A stretch of DNA of 55,457 bases, counting the filler, from Sluysia triapertura (taxonomy: Eukaryota): the NCBI GenBank assembly GCA_046118255.1. It is 3 parts of 3 records of this genome, joined end to end, with 100 filler letters (N's around TTAATTAATTAA, not from the genome) between each part and the next. Parts side by side here need not be neighbours in the genome. Positions count along the whole stretch, not along the records: positions 36,754 to 55,457 come from JBJNIA010126408.1; 2 more parts are not named here. The stretch is one strand, 5' to 3'. The notes beneath the pieces are model-generated. The model did no database searches. It saw only the letters and a program-made list of their open reading frames with translations, and was not told where the DNA came from. Shown here piece by piece: positions 48,501-55,457 of the stretch (its first letter is position 1; each line of letters opens with the position of its first letter). The translations under genes were made by a program, and so were the position numbers.

Positions 48501-51010
48501 TTTATAAATAATAAAGTTTCCCAGTTCCTAATGAAATTGTTACTAATTAAATTTACTAACGTTAATTTTTGTGATTGTAGTTGTTGTTTGTAGTCCCTTC
48601 GAAAAGTTCATAATTATTCTATAAAGCTCTACATTTGATAAATTACATAAATTGTATTAATCCATTCGCTGACAATCCTAAATTGTATGAAGTTATTCGT
48701 TGTGCCATTTCTGTTTTGAGTGTTGTTATTGTTTATCTAAGTTTTATTATTTCAAGATAGATACACACACATTTTGTCATAAATAATGATCATTTACATG
48801 TATAAAAATCAAACATGTATACTCTTGTGGTTCACAAGAGACTCGACATCCTTTTTCTTATTTGCACACGTTTAAGCAAGAAGAAAACACATCATGAATC
48901 ACATAAATACTAAAAAACATGAAACACAATTTTCTATAAATTTGGAAAGACTAGTTATATTCACTGCTGACTTCGATTACTTCGATTCTATTTCGTCTCA
49001 TAGATATTGAACAATTTGACTATCATCTCTCATCAGTAAGCATTGTGTAGTTTTGTAGAGTCAGAAGTGGTACCTATCAATAAATTATTAGTTGGTAAGA
49101 AAGAAACATACCAAATTAATAAACAAAGTAGAATTTTTGTAAAAACAATTTATTTGTAGCCCTTTTTTCAAGGTTTGCAAGCTCTCCACAAGTTCTACGT
49201 TATAATATATTGAAAGTATCACGAGTATATTCGTGGTTGACAGCGAATGGGTTAAGGAAAATTCTTACGTTAAGATGCTCTAGCTATTTTAAAATTCAAG
49301 AATATTATTACATTATTACAGTAATAAGTTAAGGATAAGTTAAAAATACACTGAAGAATATGAATTTAGAAATTGTAGTTACATGTACACCTACTCGCGT
49401 CATAATGTAGCTAAAATCTATTTTCCATGGTTTTCGAGTTAAGAAAACCACACAAAATTTATTAGGTTTTTCGAAAAAGTAATGCATCATTTTCGAAACA
49501 CAATATTTTTATTCAAAATAAAATCGATATTGTTTTAATCGGTCTCCCTAACTAGTTAATTTAATTTAAATAATAATATTTGTCTTTAAATGTGGCTTTA
49601 TTGAAAATCATGTTATTTAAAAAATGAGCCGAGTATTGCAGTGGTGGAACCAAGGATGGCAAGAAGTGTCAGGTGCCCCGGGGCACAGTGTCACGGGTCG
49701 CAAAATTGCTTCTAGAAAAATAGAAAAAGAAATAAATGTATATGTAAATGAGTAATGGTGTTTAGAAGTGGATAATCTAAATGACTAACGTAAATCTATC
49801 AAGATTATCTAATGATTTTTTGTTTTTTTGATGCGTAAAGTTTGACATAATCATACGAAATTAAAATTTTTATTTCTAAAGAACTAATTCTGAATAATTA
49901 TGATCAATCATAAAGCAACTTCTTAAGTCAGAGTTGAGAGCGTGACCATCAAGAATCAATTCGAAATAAACTATATATATTCGAAATTCAACCACAACAA
50001 GTTCACTAATCAAGTCTTTACTTTTCGTCATTAGTAACATCTGTCAAATATTTACATATCCGTTTTCTTTTTTATTTTCGTTTAAATGATATTTCCATAC
50101 CATAAATTCGATCACTTGATACAGTTCCAATCTATCTATGATACTTGGGTAATCAGGCTATCTTTATAAAGATATACTATTTTTGATAATAAGTAGAATA
50201 TTTCTCACGCTACATCGATTTAAAAATTGTACTACAAAAAGTACATTAATTATGTACTTATTTTACCAACAAAAAATATTCAAAAGTACATAAAGAAAAC
50301 ACTAACATTTAACAATTCTTCTGTAGAATTAATTTTCTGTTTCAAGACATCACAATTGAAATTAGGAAGTCCTAAAGACTCGATAGAACTGACACACTTT
50401 TGAGCATTATTCAAACTCTCATGCATTTTCGGAATAGAGTTTATACATACCTGGAAATAATATTTTCTTTTAACCGATTAATAGTCGAATTATTCGAGAA
50501 AATAGAGATAACAATCAAAACTGTATTAAATCAAATATCAAACAAGCTTTAGCAACTGTATACACGAAATATTCCGAAAAATGAGTAAATAAAGTAAAGA
50601 TATGATGAAATTTGATATCGATTTATTAAAATAAAACCAACAAAATTATTCAAAAAATCCAAATTTAAATAAGTTTTCAAGAAATTTAATTAATTAATTA
50701 ATGAAATTAAAATTCGAGTTTTCAAAAATATATTCGGTTTGTATACATATACTTTTATTGTAATTTTCTTTATTCTATTTTAATTCTATTTCTTTGTAAC
50801 AATTTTATTTTAAATTCGATGCTACTTTAAATTTGCATTAACAAAATCTCGTGTCATTATTAATCTTAATATTATCATTATTATTTTTATTATCATTACT
50901 ATTGTTATTATTATCATTATTATTTTTTCTTATCATTATTATTTTTATTATCGTTAATATTGTTAGTATTATTACCATTATCATCATTATTATTATCTGT
51001 ATTATTATTA

Positions 51011-51056
<46 letters not shown>

Positions 51057-51899
51057 TTTATCCCATAAATAATCAAATGAAATTACTTTAACTTTGTCTG
51101 AAACTAATCGTTTACTATCGATTTGATCAGCTTCATCGCTACTTTCTGTGGAAAGTGTCGTAGTAATTTGTATTTCCGATAATTGATTTTCCCATTCTTT
51201 CACCCAACTGGCTACACCGGATTCCAGTTCAGTAGATTTTACAAATACTTTCAACAAATTATTCATTTTAACAACATGATCCGGTAAAATATTTATCAGT
51301 TTCACTAATCGATCTTTGTGAATTCGTAGTTCACCAATCATCTTTTCAGATTCGGATTTCGAACAGTTCTTACTCATTGTTTGACCCATTTTCGAAACAG
51401 TCTGTAAAATAATTATTTATATTTCTGAATTTATATTCAATATAAAGAAATTAACTCGCAAAAGTATGTTGAATCGAAACTTGATTTCTTTTTTGAAGTG
51501 AAATTCGTTTTCTTTGAAATGTTAAAATATTTTAAATAGTCGTTTGGTTTATCTCATTTAAAAATCGAATTTAGATGGTGATTCCCTAAGCTAGTATGAA
51601 GTACTCAATCAATGCTTGAACAGGCTCATTAACCAGGAAATCGTTGTGTTTCATTTTACACATTATTTGAGTGTGGATCTCTGAGTTAATTGTAACTCTG
51701 AGATTTTATAATATTTTAAGCTGTTTAATATTGATTAAGCACGCTGTCAAGAGAGTAAGAATTATATGAAATTAAATAAATCGATAAAGATTTATAGTTT
51801 CATAATTTCTAAAACTAACATTAATTAAATTATAATATTTAAATAATAGTATTATTAAATTATAATCATAATAATAGTGTTAAGAATAAAAATTCATTC

Positions 51900-51963
<64 letters not shown>

Positions 51964-52870
51964 GTAATAATAATAATAATAATAATGTAAATTGTAAACA
52001 ATAAAATCACCTTGAAATCTTCTTTTACATTTTCTGTTGATTTTGATGCTTTAGTTAAAACTTCGATATATTCTTCGATGTGTTTCGATGATGGTGGAAC
52101 GTTCGTCCGTAATAACATTTCTGATTTATCCAAATACTTCTTTATACCGAGTACTTTCTTATTATATTCTTCGTATAATGCCTCAAAATGGGGCCTTTGT
52201 AATTTCTATCATTTAATAAAAATGATAATAATTATGATAATAATAATGATAATATAATATATATACAAAACATTACATTAGATTCATTAAAGAAATATTT
52301 TTCAAAAAATAAAAATCGATATTAAAATATGAATAAAATTTTAAAACCGATATCATTTTTATTTATTAAATTAATATTACTTCCACAACGGCTCGATATC
52401 TATTTTCGATTCTCTTTATATTATCGTCTAATACTTGCTTTTGTTTGGCTGTGCTTTGTTCTTTAATAAATAATACTAAGCATTGTATTTCTTTTAATTG
52501 TGACGTGTGACCACGGATATCATCTTCTGTACCTTGTCGAACCTCCATGTTATTAAGCCAGTCTTCGAATTGAAAAATTTGCTGCACGAAATAATAACAG
52601 AATTCATAAATAAAAATACCATCCAGTAATTAATAAAATGATTATATAATAATAAAAATATAAAATATTAACATTTTCCATTCGTTTACACTCTACCAAA
52701 TAAGTATTCAAAGCATCTTGTAAATGATCAGCTTCACGAATGGTATTCGAAAGTTGTTCTTTAAGTTCAAAATATTTCTTCGAAATCGGTTGTGTCCAGG
52801 TTACTTTTGTTGGATCTAGTTCTTTTAAAGTTTGCTCGATTTTTGGTTTCAGATTTTTGATAAATACATT
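37296..52870 (-). CDS. Giant spectrin-repeat-like coiled-coil protein (nesprin/Msp300/spectraplakin-like), partial, about 3100 aa in window
   Basis: Exons 52870-52673, 52581-52381, 52205-52011, 51401-51087, 50450-50307, 48211-40631, 39800-39459 and 37637-37296; all GT-AG and phase 0, joining into one frame. Heptad-rich, with spectrin-like Trp motifs (FEDWLNNME, SWVKEWE, HVWISNF, LKPWFQ). 5' end not seen; 3' end unresolved. CDS is secure, family assignment tentative. Confidence 0.8.
48657..49255. mobile_element. piggyBac-type non-autonomous element in an intron
   Basis: TTAA-tccattcgctgacaa ... ttgacagcgaatggg-TTAA: 15-bp TIRs with 2 mismatches and TTAA target duplications. Confidence 0.75.
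49639..49710 (+). mobile_element. Possible hAT-like element terminus
   Basis: GC-rich cagtggtggaaccaagg..gtcaggtgccccggg resembles hAT MITE ends; no partner TIR found. Confidence 0.35.
50855..51058. repeat. Degenerate (ATT)n microsatellite
   Basis: Directly visible; intronic. Confidence 0.9.
51899..51986. repeat. (AAT)n microsatellite
   Basis: Directly visible; intronic. Confidence 0.95.
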
Positions 52871-53626
52871 CTGAAATTTAATAATATCATGTATCATATA
52901 CTTTTTGAGATTTAGATCTATGCTTAATCATTAAAGTTTAAAGAAGTTAAACTGATACAACTTTGATAAATTAATCTACTTATAATAATAAGTAATTAAT
53001 TTACAGCAAAATTTTAAATCCAAATTTATTTTATTGCATTATTACATAAATAAAATAAAATATATTAATTAATTATTAATAATCAATAATGTTTTAATAT
53101 TAATGTTAGATTTATTATTATTTCATCGGTAGTGTAAAAAGATACATCATATAAAAGTTGTTCACAATCTTTTGCGACGAATAACTTATTTTTCGATATT
53201 TAAACAAACAGTTCGACCTGCGAATGAATGGATACTTTTAAAAAGTTAATTATTATTCTCATCACGATATCTCGTAACATCTCATTATTCGTGACTTGAT
53301 GATGAGTAATGTTCACTGATTGTCTGAATTAATTGGTCAGAAAAAGATGATCAAATTTTTCCAGCTTGTTTAATGGAAAATCATTGACCAGAGCCTGCTT
53401 ATCACCAGTTACTATTTGCAGTTACTATCTGCCATAGCCCCTTTGGATAGTCAATTTGCATAATTGATGGAAAGGGATTCTTAAATAAAAGCACATTTAA
53501 GATAGATACTTTGTTAAATAACAGATGATATATTTCATTATAGCTACTTGGGATTTCTGGTTTATGTAATCTTTATATAATTGTGAGAACGTTAAGTTAA
53601 TAGAATAAAAAATTAATTTAAAGCTC

Positions 53627-53678
53627 TGAGTTCACCAACGTACTGGACTTACCAGCGAGGGCCAGCCGTTGGATTTGG
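53627..53678. repeat. GC-rich ~50-nt hairpin-forming dispersed motif, copy 2
   Basis: tgagttcaccaacgtactggacttaccagcgagggccagccgttggattt. Confidence 0.85.
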
Positions 53679-55009
53679 TAAAATAAAAGTAATGGATGTT
53701 AAGAGAGCTTACTAAATGTCTTAACAATAGGCTAATTGACTTAACTATTGATTTAGACTTAACTGATTTAATTATTAATTTAATAATTATAAGTTATTGA
53801 AAAGTTTAAATAAGATTTTACGCTTGATCCTGTGAAATAGGATCAGAATAGTTAAATGGTTAGAGTTATATTCTAACCAAAAAACTCTCAAACTAGTTTA
53901 TACGATTTTAGTTTATTTTGTGACTATAAAAATTAGATAATCAAAGAAAAACTTCAAATTTACAATGTGTATTATCAAAATAAATTATGTAAAAAATATA
54001 CAAAAATTTATAATTATATATATTTAAGAACATTGCGATAAGAATTAAATTAATTCCTTTAATTTATTAGATTCTAGATTGGAGTTTACGCTTGAATCTA
54101 TTATAAGATTCGGAATATAATGTTAAATGAGTCTAAGTTTGAGTTTACGAAGGATATTTAATAAATATCCGACCTTAACAAAAATAAACTAACTATACAG
54201 AGAAATAAAAATCGAATTGCATATTCCGTCGGGACGATACAATAAAGTTCGGAATTTATTATGCCAAAAGAGAATTGCGTAATAAAATTTGAGATTGACT
54301 TCGTCTTCTATAAGCCAAAGAAGAAAATTGTGGCAAAAATTTAGTGAAACGCTTGTGTTGATGGTCAGACTAAAACAAAACAAATATTTAATTTAAAAAA
54401 TATAATTTTAAATTTTCGTGTAAATTTTGAATTAATTTTTTAGAAGATTTTAAAGAATTAATTACCTTCAAATAATTCAAAAATTATTTCCAAAAATTAT
54501 CCAGACAAATCAAAATATAAATTATTAAAGGACAAATATAAAATCAATTTAATAATGTGTATAAAATAAATCAATAATGCACAAAGTTATAAAACTGTAG
54601 TTATTATAAAGTTGTAGAGTAATGTGCATAAACAGTTATTAGTCACCACAATATAAATTAAACTATAAGATCTATTATGAGTTTAATTAAACTAGACTTT
54701 TACGTTCTAGTTTCAGTATAAATAAATTTTGGTTAATGTTAAAAATGGAACTAGCCTTTATATGGTCTAGCATATACTCTTAATACTTCAAAAACTTTAT
54801 AATTTCAAAAGAAAACAAAGTAAAAACAAATCTTAAAGTTTATTATTTAAAATTTTATTTACTTATATAAAACATACAACAGAAAAGATATATAAATTAT
54901 AAAAATAATGCGTCGATATGCAAAATTATAGTAATAATATGTATTTTATGTAGTAATTAAAGGATTCTAATTCCTTTAGTATTTAAATCTTTAAGTTATA
55001 ATTATTCTA

Positions 55010-55160
55010 GTCTAGAATTGTTGAGATTGCCCAACTGTGGATCACGAGATGAGTAAGAAACATAGAACTATAAAATCACGGAAGAACTGATACAAAGTGA
55101 TTGATTGAACATTGTTGAAATAAGAATCATGAAAAGAAAATATTTATAATGATGTTAACA
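55010..55160 (+). repeat. Family A fragment
   Basis: agaactataaaat..gaagaactgatacaaagtgatt..gttgaaataagaatcat..tttataatgatgttaaca matches 11785-11900 and the reverse complement of 24505-24615. Confidence 0.7.
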
Positions 55161-55457
55161 AGTAAATGGTCTCACTAAACATGGTATTAAACCTAAGAAT
55201 AATTTCCACCTTAATCTAATAACTTTATATAATTCTTAAGTGGATATTAATTGCTGAAATAAAGTTTTAATAATTATTATAATATAATAAACTCCCATAA
55301 GACCTGCCATTGCTTGTCCAAATATGAGGAATTTTCCCCATATTTGCTTCATAACATTTTTAGCCGCTTTTTCAAAATGGTTTTCAGACAACAATCTTTC
55401 AAAATCAGGTCTATTTGTGTTTTTAACCAGAGATGTCTCAACTATTTCCGTAAGTAT
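55155..55457 (-). pseudogene. Chuvirus-like glycoprotein relic, membrane-proximal and transmembrane region (runs off window edge)
   Basis: Not in the ORF track: ILTEIVETSLVKNTNRPDFERLLSENHFEKAAKNVMKQIWGKFLIFGQAMAGLMGVYYIIIIIKTLFQQLIST*ELYKVIRLRWKLFLGLIPCL. Fits the WG.F..FG...AG..G...I...IK.....I....LY......W.L pattern; one internal stop. Confidence 0.7.

Overview
Very AT-rich eukaryotic (animal) genomic scaffold with three assembly gaps. A flatworm source is inferred from 32-35 nt introns and an SGTP-like sugar-transporter fragment, but this is not proven. Spliced genes: the 3' half of MCM3 (+, 5 exons); a complete but unusually divergent KRR1-like gene (-, 3 exons); the 5' end of an unknown gene cut by a gap (+); and a giant spectrin-repeat-like coiled-coil gene (-, at least 8 exons, all phase 0, one of 7.6 kb). 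The rest is mostly decayed mobile DNA: LINE RT relics, Tc1/mariner-, piggyBac- and hAT-type non-autonomous elements, a foldback, and a dispersed repeat family. The two most interesting signals are (1) two complementary relics of a chuvirus-like class III fusion glycoprotein, one back-to-back with a Ty3/gypsy-like gag, suggesting an env-bearing retroelement family, and (2) intronless mosaics of unrelated host-gene fragments (GLUT + arrestin; ubiquilin plus unidentified neighbours). All homology calls are by eye from remembered family motifs; no searches were run.
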